Below are positions 52,761 to 64,000 of a stretch of DNA of 64,000 nt, in pieces. The translations under genes and the position numbers were made by a program. The first letter of the stretch is position 1. The number at the start of each line of letters is the position of its first letter. The notes under the pieces are model-generated. The model was not told the DNA's origin. It ran no database searches and saw only the letters and a list, made by a program, of their open reading frames with translations. This DNA comes from Octopus bimaculoides (Eukaryota): positions 65,644,052 to 65,708,051 of the forward strand of contig NC_068991.1 in NCBI RefSeq assembly GCF_001194135.2. The letters run 5' to 3'.

Positions 52761-53325
52761 TATATTTTTCTAATTGTACATATATGCATAAGCATCTGTC
52801 TGAGAGTATGTGTGTCTGCTTCTAAGCAGGTTTGTACCTTTGTATGCATGTGTGAATGCGTGTCTGCCTTTATATCTGGGAATTGTATGTCTATGCCTGT
52901 CTATGCATGAACTGGGTGTAATATGTTTGTCTTGAAAGCTACCTTATTGATTATAAACATGGAGGTGTTCTCTATTTTAGTTCTATGTCGTATTTTCTTA
53001 GCAAAATAGTCATCTCAGTGGCAGATGTTCAAATTTTATATTTAGCACATTCTAACACAAATCTAGCACACATCACATTCCAAAAGAATGTGCTTATTGC
53101 CCACAGATAGATAGATGGACTAATGAATATAAAATCATTAGATCCACTGGTCCAGCTGTGATAATCCCATCTTTTTGAGTAGATGCTTCAGAATTGATTT
53201 CTGCCAATATACCAGCTACATTTGTGTCATAAATCTTGGTTTAGTTGCACTGACAGTAGATTTGTATTCAACACCTACTTGTTTAGATTGTACTATCATT
53301 GCTAGTCTCAAATTTTCATTCCCCA

Positions 53326-53374
<49 letters not shown>

Positions 53375-53428
53375 AAAGGATGTGTTATAATACTATTCCA
53401 CAGCCATACCAACAATCCTATTCCACAT

Positions 53429-53520
53429 GCCCATGGGCATAGGGCATAGTGGTTAAGAGCACGGGCTACTAACCCCAAGATTCCAAGTTTTATTCCAGGT
53501 AGTGACCTGAATAATAATAA
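53429..53520 (+). mobile_element. Mini-SINE: tRNA-like head plus (AAT)n
   Basis: gggcatagggcatagtggttaagagcacgggctactaaccccaagattccaag...gacctgaataataataa; 11-bp TSD ctattccacat at 53418-28 and 53521-31; same head as 63907-63982. Confidence 0.85.
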
Positions 53521-53849
53521 CTATTCCACATATACAAAAACAGCCACACCATCAATCCAGCATACCTCCATCATCAGCTGCCCCACAGATATCATTATAG
53601 TTTCGACACCTGGACAGTACCATTCAATCTGGCGGTGTCAACAGCACTAAAATAAGTGTTGTTTGGGAACAAACAAACCAAAGAAACCACAACTCTCAAA
53701 CACATTTACCCTAGGTACAACCGAATCGATAAATAAATTCAATAAGTAAATTACAACCACTTCTGAATACATAACTAAACAGCGACAACTATTAAATCAT
53801 ACAAAATTATAATCCCTAGCAGCGATTTTTACAATTCTGTAAATAATAA

Positions 53850-54050
53850 TAATAGTATTTTATAAGCTTAAAGCTTATAAGCAATCACCGTGCAACAACT
53901 AAAGAAAATAGTCTAATAGTGGGGCACACAAGCCCTCGACAAAAAAAGGTAGGTTTTCTGTTGAGGGCTTATATGCCGTATTATTAGATTAGTTTTTTTA
54001 GGCATTGCACAGTGATCGCTTATAAGCTTTAAGCTTATAAAATACTATTA
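53850..54050. repeat. Long palindrome (97-bp arms, 7-nt loop)
   Basis: 82 of 97 positions complementary with no indels; outer 33 bp perfect. Confidence 0.92.
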
Positions 54051-54363
54051 TATATATATATTTCAAGAGATGACAAGTTTAAAGAAGTTATGTCACTTAG
54101 AATGAAAAACTCAAAGATAAGTCTGAGAGTGAATAAACATATGATCCATAATTGTTAGTCCAACGAAATATATTTTGTTCACCCATGGTTCAGACAAAAT
54201 AAAATATATTTTGTCAAACTAACATCCATGGATCAAAAGTGTGTGTGTGAAACAAAAGACGATATACCTACTCATAATATATTCACAGTATAGTACATAA
54301 TATACGTTTTTCTTTTGTTTTTTTTTGTTGGATCTATTTTTCCCATGTTGGCATGGGTTAGAG

Positions 54364-54661
54364 CAGTGGTTCCCAACCTTATTTTGCTCGTGAACCCCCT
54401 GAGAGCTATCTTATCATCTGTGGACCCCATATAGGCACATGTAAATTTTTGAAATAAAATATTTGTCTCTAGGATAACAAAAACTAACAATGAAACAATT
54501 TCATTATATTCACAACAAAAATTCCAAAAACAAATCTTGAAAGTTTCAATAAATACAGGTACCTCTCCTAGTAAACAAAATTTATATTTGGACCCACAAA
54601 TTACAATTTTTTACTCGTGGACCTCCTTAAAGCTTCTGTGGACCCGAGCTGGGAACCCCTG
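54364..54661. mobile_element. hAT (Charlie-type) MITE inserted in an RTE-tail remnant
   Basis: TIRs cagtggttcccaac / gctgggaacccctg; exact 8-bp TSD ggttagag at 54356-63 and 54662-69. Confidence 0.9.
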
Positions 54662-54959
54662 GGTTAGAGGGACCCGTCCTTGTACAGCACTACATTATGT
54701 GTCATGGTGATTCATCACGACACACAAACAAAAAAGAAGCCATCTATCTTTGTTGCTGTTTAGTTTGTTTTAGTCATCAAAGATAAGACTATGTTGTCAT
54801 GCTATTTGACATGATTTATATGGCTAGATGCCCTTTCTAAAACTAACTATTTTACGAAGTTAACTGGGTGTATTTTGACATACAGGTAGCACCAGAGAGG
54901 TTGTCTATCAGGACTGGAAAGTCTCTTCTGCTGTCAGTTTTATTTAGAGTTATTGTCCC

Positions 54960-55260
54960 CCTAGATACCTTATGTTTGCAACCATGTGGCTTTGGATTCA
55001 GCACTACTACATGGCAACTTGGATAAGTGTCTTCTTGTATAGCCTTGGGCCTACCAATGTCTTGTGACAGAAACTCTGCAGAAGCCAATCATGTGTGTGT
55101 GTGTGTAACACTGATAATTGATACTGGTTAGAGTCTTCATCACTGAGCGATTTGGCAAAACGAGACTGACAAAATACATACCAGACTTAACATAAGCACT
55201 GGAGCTTATTTGATCAACTAAACCCTTCAAAGCGGTTCTCAACCATGGTTGCAGTCCCAA
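54960..55260 (+). mobile_element. SINE family A, old copy, plus orientation
   Basis: caaccatgtggctttggattcagcact...ggataagtgtcttcttgtatagcc...(TG)n... Confidence 0.7.
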
Positions 55261-56841
55261 AAGTTCATATTTTCATTAAGAACTAATAAAGAAGGGAGCA
55301 AAGAATGTTTAGAATTTGTTTTGCAAGAACATTGAACTAAAAATGTTATCTCAAAACCAAAATTGTTCTGTCTATATTTCTTTAAAAAAAAAAAAAAAAT
55401 TGTTCATTGAAATTATTTTTCTAAACATTAAATCTATGACCTTTTCATTGGTTATATATTTTCAAATGCTTTACATTTTCAACTGATTTTACTGTTTTGT
55501 TACATCTTATTTACTGTTGTGTTACATCTCTATGCCAGCTCAAGACAGTATTGATATTATTTGTTTATTTTGCTTCCTTTTGTCAAAATTGTTGCAATCA
55601 TGAAGAATGTGTGTATGTGTGTGTTAGAGAGAGAGAGAAAGAAAGAAAGTGAGAAAGAAAAGAAGAGAGAGAGATGATTGACCTTAGTTGCTGTTAATCT
55701 TATAGTATCCTTACTTTTGTATTACTACAGTGGTGGTTGCAGGGAGGAGGTATTGCTGGACTATTCATTCTTTATAGTGAGCATATGTGTGTGTGTGTAT
55801 GTGAGGTTATATGCTTCCTATATTTGTATAGTCTTTGTAAGCTATCTTAATGTTAGTTTTTTTTTTGGGGGGGGGGGGGTCTGGAAAGAATTCCTATTTC
55901 AACATTCTTTATTTCTTTCCACCCATTGTTTCTGTATGGCATGCTGATAGAATAAGGATGTTTGCTTCTTTTCATTGAATTCTCACCTATCCTACAATCT
56001 TTTCACATTAAGCTGTAGGCTGTATCCCCTTTATGTAGGTTATGGTGGTGTCCTAAGATTGTCTTTCCAACTTTCTAGTTTCACAGTTTATCAGCAGGCT
56101 GGTTGTGCACACTTCTGCTATTGTTGTCAGTACAAGGTGATTTTTCTTTTCTTTCTTTTTTTTTTTTTTAAATGGACATATCTTACATAGAAGTGACTTG
56201 ATAGATCTGCCTGATTTTTCTACAATCTTGATTTTAAGTTTGGTGTCATGTAGTGCTTTTCTAAATTCATGGGCCAGTTTACTATAGTAATACTAAAGTA
56301 AGGATATAATAAGACTAAAAAGTACAAAGGTCAACCACTATCACACACATGCTATAGAGATATAACATAACAGAGAAATCAGTTGAAAATGTAAAGCATT
56401 TGAAAATAGTCATTGATAAGACCACAGGTTTAGTGCTTAGAAAAATAATTTTGGAAAAAGAAATATAGATAAACAACAACTGCTTTATTTTGGGGAGGAA
56501 ATAATAAACAAATAAAAAGTATGTATAGAGGCCCTATCAGTATGACTCATTTAAAGTAGAACAAAGAATATATATCTACATTTTTTTAGTATGTATTGAG
56601 AAAATGATATTTAGGACTGCAGTCAAGAAGTGCTATGGGTTGGAACTCCCGATCTACAGTAGGCTTCCAGAGTAAACAAACAGTAAAAGAATGGTTTTTC
56701 AATGAGACTGATAATAAATATAATTCTCAATATCAACCCACTTGAGATAACCCATGATCTCAGATTACCAAAAGCTTGTATTAGTTTTCATATTTATATT
56801 AAAACTTCTACTAACTGGAGCCATTGAGAGAGCTACTACAC

Positions 56842-57162
56842 TAAGGTTGGCCAACCTGAGGCCCACGGGCCACATGCAACCCGCAGTCTTATCTTGCGGC
56901 CTGCTTGATACTTTCTTGAAGTATTGTTTAATTTCAAAATAAAACGGTTTATATAAAACATTTGTTTTGAAATAAATTAAAAATTTATAAATGGCAATAA
57001 AGCAATAGCCTAAAATTTTATAATTTTAAACAAATGAAAAGTATGAAAAAATCTTGATTCTGTAATTTGATTATTTTACCGTTAGTGCATAAAGTATACA
57101 AGCGGCCCTCAAAAAACTATGATTAAAGTGGCCCGCAATGTAATTCGAATTGGCAAGGCCTG
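56842..57162. mobile_element. hAT (Charlie/MER58-like) MITE
   Basis: Left end taaggttggccaacctgaggcccacgggccacatgc, right end gaattggcaaggcctg; TSD tactacac (56834-41) / cactacac (57163-70). Confidence 0.8.
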
Positions 57163-58404
57163 CACTACACATTCATTCAACTTACTAGAAATAACAGCCA
57201 AACCTTCTTCAAATCATACTCTAACATCCTAACATCTATATACAAAAAAAAAAAAAAGGAGGTGGGGTTACATTGAATAAAGCAAGAATACACTAAGCGT
57301 GAACATTTTTTTAAAAATGTGATTAGAGCTGATTCTGGGGCTTGATCAGAGCTCTGGTGCCAGCTTGATTAGGGGGTGATCTGAGACTAAATAAATAGCA
57401 GCCACTGAAATATTATATACAAGATAACTGGAGGGGAAGTTCCATCATAGATTTATGTAAAAGCCTTTTAAGCTGCATCCTAAAAGGCTAGCTTTAACAT
57501 ATCAGTAAATAAATAAATAAATTATAGATATTTTATTATAAACCCTTCCAATCCTAATTTTGAAAATCAATAGAAACATAAATCACAAAAGGGTTAACAA
57601 ATCCATATACATTCATTACATACAGCAATATAATGCCTCAATTCTTCAATATTTGTGATGGGTTATTGCTATCTAGCTTCCTATAATGGCTTCCTGGATA
57701 AGCTTAGAGAACTCAATTCTTATCAATAACAAAAGAAACATTCCCAACATACATATGACTGATTGTATGATATATAGGTGTGTGTACATGGTGCATGCAT
57801 GTGTGGGTTTGTGCATGTGCATACGTGCACATCAGTGCGTGCTTAAGAAATGCAAATCTGTACGAAGGACAGCAATTGCTAAAAAGAGATGAATTGATTA
57901 TGTATATTCTACCAGAAATACGATGTAAATCTGAAAGAAAACAGAAGCCACAAAATACCGTTTGTGAGAGAAAGAATGATTGGATAGAATCAGATTGTAT
58001 GATATGGTATGTAACAGAGCAAACAGTGCCATAAATAAGACCTAGAGTCTTCAATTCTAATTCTATTCACATCTCCTAGATGCTTTATAGCAATATTAAA
58101 CTGACCGCAATACTGGATCAGTACTTTATTTTATTGACTACAAGAAGCTGAAAAGGAAAGATGACCCCAGCAAGATCTGAAGTCAGAAAGTAAAAGGCTG
58201 GAACTAAATACTGCATGCATTTTGAATCTCTAATGATTCGGTCAGGTGGTTAGCTCAAGGAAAATTGAGGTACAACCAAGAAGTTTTTAACATAGGATAA
58301 ACAACTGGAGATTGTTTTAAAAACAAGATCAAGGATGATGGGGATGCCTTTGAATGAAACAGCTAGACTGTTTTTTTTTTTTGTTTTTATCTGTTACTTG
58401 TATC

Positions 58405-58787
58405 GGTGGAGGCGCAATGGACCAGTGGTTAGGGCAGCGGACTCGCAGTCATAGGATCGCGGTTTCGATTCCCAGACCGGGCGTTGTGAGTGTTTATTGA
58501 GCGAAAACACCTAAAGCTCCACGAGGCTCCGGCAGGGGATGGTGGCGAACCCTGCTGTACTCTTCCACCACAACTTTCTCTCACTCTTTCTTCTTGTTTC
58601 TGTTGTACCTGTAATTCAAAGGGTCAGCCTTGTCACACTATGTCATGCTGAATATCCCCGAGAACTACGTTAAGGGTACACGTGTCTGTGGAGTGCTCAG
58701 CCACTTGCACGTTAATTTCACGAGCAGGCTGTTCCGTTGATCGGATTGACTGGAACCCTCGACGTCATAAGCAACGGAGTGCCAACA
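58405..58787 (+). mobile_element. tRNA-derived SINE family E, nested in a family A copy
   Basis: A box tggaccagtgg, B box gtttcgattcc; 9-bp TSD acttgtatc at 58396-404 and 58788-96. The host family A copy continues to about 59180. Confidence 0.9.
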
Positions 58788-59334
58788 ACTTGTATCAGTC
58801 ATTAGACTTGGATTGCAGCCATACTCAAGTACTGCTTTGAAGAATTTTTTTTCTTTTTATTAGTCAAATAGATTGATCCCAGTTCTCACTCCTTTGTTAA
58901 TCTTGGAACTTATTCTATCATTCTTTCATCAAACTGCTAGGTTACAAGAGTATAAAACAAACCAACACTGGTTATCAAGCAGTGGCAAGAAAACCAGACA
59001 CAAAGACATACATATATATGGGCTTTTACACAGTTTCCATTTATCAGATTCACTAATGAGGTACTGCGCAGGTCAAGCCTATGGTAGATACTGCCCAAGG
59101 TGCCATGGAGTGGAATTGAACCCAAAACCACATGGTTGCAAAGAGAGATTCCTAATTATACAGCAATGCCTACACCCATAATTAAACTAAAAGCAATCTA
59201 GAAATTCATTTTAATTGTGCCAAATTATTTACTAACTCTCCATTAAAAATTTCGACAAAATGGACAGTGTGAAACTAATTTTCATGCTCATTTCAGTAAT
59301 AATGCAAAATATCTAAGAAAAAAATAGAATTGAT

Positions 59335-59430
59335 ATTTTCTGCAAGTCACACTGCCGTAATAAACTTGGTATATCTCAACAAAAAATAGTTTCAAACATG
59401 GCATTCCTCAACAAAAGATAGATTAGTATC
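59335..59430. repeat. Unclassified interspersed repeat shared (inverted) with 17395-17490
   Basis: ataaacttg.tata.ctcaacaaaa.ata.tttcaaacatg..ttcctcaacaaaagatag occurs in both. Confidence 0.65.
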
Positions 59431-60779
59431 TAAAACTGCTTTCCACAGTTAAGGATAAAAAAAAAATTTGAGTGGATATATCTGTTTTGTGCTATAAAAA
59501 AGTTAAACATAACATTTCCATGTCATATTGAGTCAAAAATTATTCTTTTTCTTCAATTATGATCAATACAAGACAGACCTCAGACCTCCTATATAGAAAT
59601 GTTAACAGAACCTCTATATTATCCCTGGACCTACTAAAAATAGTATCCAAATCTCCCTCAAATCACATCCAGCCATCTTAAAAAAAAAAAAAAAGCAATG
59701 AACACTTTTGCAATGTGATCCTAGATAATTCAATGTCTGAAGTTCATGAAAGGATGGTTATACTAGTATGCTAAGCACTTTTGATCAGAAGTCAGCTGAA
59801 TCAAATCTGCCCTAGGGTAAACAATGAACACTGTTAAAGATATACTTTAGCATATGTTAAACTAATGCTCGTGAGTAAATTAACTCCACTTGCAAGTTAA
59901 GCAGTATTGTCACTGTAGCATAGATCTTGTTTTGTTTTTTTTATCAGAGTGGTAATGCTCCAGCATGGTCTTGCTTATGATGGTTAAACTAAACTTAGAC
60001 CTAACAAACTACAAGATTTAAAAGAAACTAGTAAAGAAATTGTGCTTGGAACTTGTATTGCTATTACTTATGCTATTTGCTAAGAAACTTGGGGTGTATT
60101 ACTCTAGATTCATTCCACACAAAGGTATTCAGTTTAAATTCGGCTTTGACTGAGCAAACATATAATCAAAGGCATTCTATCTGTGGAGACAGCATATTTT
60201 ATTCCAGCAATGTTTCTAGGAAAACACTAGGATGTATTTTGAGGGAGATTTGGCTGCTATTTCTAACAGGTTCTAACAGGTTAATTTCAGGTTCACTTGT
60301 TGCCTCCACAATAAGTCATAATATGTTCTTAAATGTAAATTTATTTCAGTAAATTTAATTTTTTTTTAATTACAAAAACAAATCCAGGAAATATGTAAAA
60401 AGATCTGTTTAGAGAGATCACATCACCAAAACTGATGCTGTCTCCAAGATACAATTCTCAAGCGCAACTAAATTATAAAAGATAACAGACTTTGGTAAAC
60501 ATGAGAAGAATAAATAAACAGTAGGAATACTGCGTTTGTAAGAACTTTGTGAAGCATTTCTATTACCTACAAATGAACTAAGAGATTTTCATTTAGATCA
60601 CAAGAATTCTTGCATAGAAAACTATCATATACTGGTTTTTAAGGTATTTCTTATCTTTTAGAGTTTTGAGACAAGTCATCTGAGGATAGAAAAGAAAATG
60701 AAACAGACTTCCTGTATCAAGTCTTTGGTAATATATTAAAGATTTCTGTTGGAAAATGAAGTTGACTGTGTGTCCCCTC

Positions 60780-60811
<32 letters not shown>

Positions 60812-61649
60812 AAAGATAAAATAGTTTATGCATTGAATTTTGTCATCTAATAAATACTGAGGTTTTTAGATTCCATTTTAAGATTAAAGCATAAAGCAAA
60901 TTCCAGAAATAGGCTTTGTTGTTGACTTTTTTATTATTTTAAAAGGAGGCTCAGGAGACAGAAAAGAAGGTATTTAGTGCTCTGCCTATCTCTCTGACTC
61001 TCTTTAACTAAGAGAGAGACAGAAAGTGAAGGAAAGAAAATTCTGTAATTCTATGTAAGAAATGATGCGTTAAAATGTCATAGTAGCAGACAAATAGACA
61101 ATATGTTACTGATGTCAACAGTTTTCTGTGATTCATTGAAGCTTGTAGAATACCAAATAGAAAATGTCTGCGATACCACTGCTAATACTGGTTATTGCAG
61201 ACAGCTTGTATTTTTGCTTAGATTTTATAGAATTATATTCTTAAATTCTGTCTTTTTCAAGAGAAATCACTCCATATACTATAACGTTAATACCTGTATC
61301 TAAGTAATGAATTAAATATATTTGCTTTGTCATGATAGATGGAATTTAAATTTTTTTTTCCAGCTTTTTACCTTTTATAAAAGATACATCAAAATCAACT
61401 TGCTTGGGGGTAACGAAGAGATCCCCGCCACCACCCATGTGCAGCTTAAGTATTAATTCAACAAGTATCACGACTACAATTTCAAAAGAACTCATGATTT
61501 GTGACTAATTTTAAAAATTTTTATTTTTGAATTTTTAAATGCGACTAATGATTGAGAGTTCTTCATTAGTGGATAATGCAATGACAAGCTGCTAACGAGG
61601 TGAAGTAGAAGACACCTTGTGCATTTAGTGAGTTAATGATACAGACATA

Positions 61650-61998
61650 CAAGCATACCTCAACTTACGTCTGTAATTGACTTCAATACATGCGACTTAA
61701 ATCGAAAAACAACGTAACGTAAAAGCATTTTCAAAATTTTATTAGCTTATATTTGTTTTAATAAATGGTTTGTACATATTTTCCTATGTATTCTACTTGA
61801 TTTTCAACTTCAGTAGTAGTTTTTAAGTACTTTTTTAAAAACATTTTTATGCTTTTAAATATGTTTGCAGAGACTAATGTAAAGTCAGATAAATCGACTG
61901 AAGCTGATGCATTTTTTAATAATAATTAAAAAAAAAAGAAAAATTATGTGAAGTTGAAAAAGAAGTAACTTGAAGCAACATAAGTTGAGGTATGCCTG
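61650..61998. mobile_element. Tc1/mariner (Tigger-like) MITE
   Basis: TIRs caagcatacctcaacttacgt / acataagttgaggtatgcctg, with TA TSD on both sides. Confidence 0.88.
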
Positions 61999-63072
61999 TA
62001 TTTACTACTAGAGGCTAATAGTTACAAGTTTGTTATCAGTTGAAATAAACCTCTAAGATTTTGGGGATTTTTTTCTTCAAACTAAATCGTTTCATGGAAT
62101 GAAAGAAAAGAGAACACAGCCAGAAATTAATAATTTGCACCCATAAAAAACACTAAAGGGCTGCATAGACCTGTAGCAAAGACATGTAAATATGACTACA
62201 CGGAAGGCCATCATGCAGGGTAAATACACTGGAGCCTTAATAAGAAAAAATAAGGGGTGGGTGAAAAAAGCAAAGCAAAATAACATGCAAGATATTTTAA
62301 AGAAACACGCAAGAGGTTTTGTTTTTTTCTGTCTCCCTCACTCATCCAGTCTCTACCATAAAAAAAAAGAAATTGATCACCTTTAATTTCAATTCTTAAA
62401 TGACTTTAGAAGGACTAACTTTAAAATCTTAAGTTGTGCTGATGGGCCTTAAAGGCAAAATGAAACCATACACAACTACTCTATTAATAATAAATGAATC
62501 ATGAAAAATCATGTATGCTCTTTTGTCTCTCTCTCTCTCTCCATTTTTTCACCCTTCAATAAGAATTTCTCAACTGAAAACAGGAGAAAAAAAAGAGAAA
62601 AAACTCGAGTATATACACTCACTCACTCATTCTCTCTCTCTGCCACTATGAGACAACTTCCAGCCAACACCTATATTTCTTTTTTAGCCATCTCTGATAT
62701 TAAGTTTATCAACATTCTGTTTTAATTCTACACCAGCGACACTACTATCACCTTTACACACATTAGCTGATTCTTCTATTGTTCCGCTTCCCTTAATGCT
62801 GCCTTGCCCTTAATCCTCTTCTCAAATTCACATTAATCCTTTATCATTCCACTGGATTATAAACAGCTTCATCCTTCTCCAGCTACTACAAAACTTCCAT
62901 GTTCTACACTGATATTCTTGGAAAATGTCATCAACATTTTGCCAAACCTGTGACAGATTCAGTTAGGAGAGAAAAAAAAATCATTTTTACAATCAAAAAT
63001 GTTAATATTTCCCTTAACTAGTTCCACAACCATTCCAAAATTCAAATCCGTTTGTTGAAATATTTTGTACAT

Positions 63073-63104
<32 letters not shown>

Positions 63105-63417
63105 GGTATTTGATTTGTGTAACATAATGCAATAAAGTGTTCCCTTGTTGATCTGTTATGGCTCAACATCCAATGCATTTATTGCAAATAGCCACAATGG
63201 TGAAATGTATGTAAGGAAAAAATGATCTAAACATGTGCTGATCATAATTTCTCCAACATTTCCTCTGTATATCACAACCAGTAATTGTGCTAAGTACAGT
63301 AGTAACCACACCACTATACTGGAAGCAGATTGGATGATGCTGTTCCACATAGAGCTCTTAACTTTCCAGTAGCAGTTGTACATCTAACTGTAGACACAAG
63401 GACATACTATGTATATA

Positions 63418-63820
63418 CAGGGTGTTCAGGTTAAATCTGATGAGTTTATTTTTATGTATCCTTTTTTCAGGAACAGCTTGATGTATTGGTGAACAGTCAA
63501 TGTTGTTGGAGAACATAAAAATTAAAGTTATAGTTGAGAAAAAGTGAGCTGACACGGAGGACTGGAAGCCATCTGAATACTGGAAAAGATTTATCTACAT
63601 CGTGATGATTTGGGCTAAGTAACAAAATGCCAATGTCATGACTGCTGTTCAATGCTCTGTGAACACTGTAAAATCTATTGGATGTGACACAGACATTATG
63701 GAAAACAAGTTCACCAAAACTGTTATGATCTTTTGCTGTGTCTCTAGTGACAGTGATGTCAAACTGCCTCACATCTTTGAACAGGGCCTCAAGCGCAATT
63801 CAGACAGTTATGTGAAACAT
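63418..63820 (+). mobile_element. Tc1/mariner-superfamily transposon left end with transposase remnant
   Basis: ta|cagggtgttcagg end; KFTKTVMIFCCVSSDSDVKLPHIFEQGLKRNSDSYV resembles the KFPA.VMV.G.VS.EG...PP.F..GL..N...Y core segment. Confidence 0.7.
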
Positions 63821-63879
63821 TCATCAGGTGTCTTGGGGAAATTTCGAACTTGGGTTCTCATTCCTAAGGTATTTTTCGA

Positions 63880-63911
<32 letters not shown>

Positions 63912-64000
63912 TGACTGCCTGGAATCGAACTTGGAATCTTGGGGTTAGTAGCCCGCGCTCTTAACCACTATGCCATATGCCCGAAAACTACCTTAGGAAT
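63821..64000 (-). mobile_element. tRNA-headed element with (AAT)n and a Penelope-like tail, plus the start of an inverted partial copy
   Basis: Head 63982-63907 (A box tggcatagtgg, B box gttcgattcc); (AAT)n 63906-63881; tail 63877-63821 matches 19756-19814; inverted arm cgaaaactaccttaggaat runs to the window end. Confidence 0.82.

Noticed and set aside
57914-57931. 18-nt phase 1-1 micro-exon (DLHRIS) after a good acceptor
   Set aside because: The donor gtagaa is weak and there is no homology support.

Overview
AT-rich, microsatellite- and retroposon-dense animal DNA with nine N-gaps. The repeat families point to a cephalopod, probably Octopus (inference). The only gene I can support is Rab4 on the minus strand: six coding exons (28521-28441, 21939-21825, 20126-20064, 18019-17865, 16601-16506, 14406-14297), all with GT-AG boundaries and continuous phase. 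They splice to a 207-codon frame ending in a CXC prenylation motif; the short ATG exon was not found. The rest is several tRNA-derived SINE families, decayed RTE and CR1-like LINE remnants, hAT, Tc1/mariner and piggyBac-type MITEs, foldback hairpins and satellites. The best lead is a small non-autonomous element seen as three partial copies (19625-19922, 53429-53520, 63821-64000). Pieced together it reads tRNA-like Pol III head, then (AAT)n, then a ~170-nt tail carrying a complete minimal type I hammerhead ribozyme motif (19803-19848). Each copy has a head-to-head inverted duplication at its 5' end, the pattern expected of a SINE or retrozyme mobilised by Penelope-like machinery. All alignments and folds were done by eye; nothing was searched or computed.
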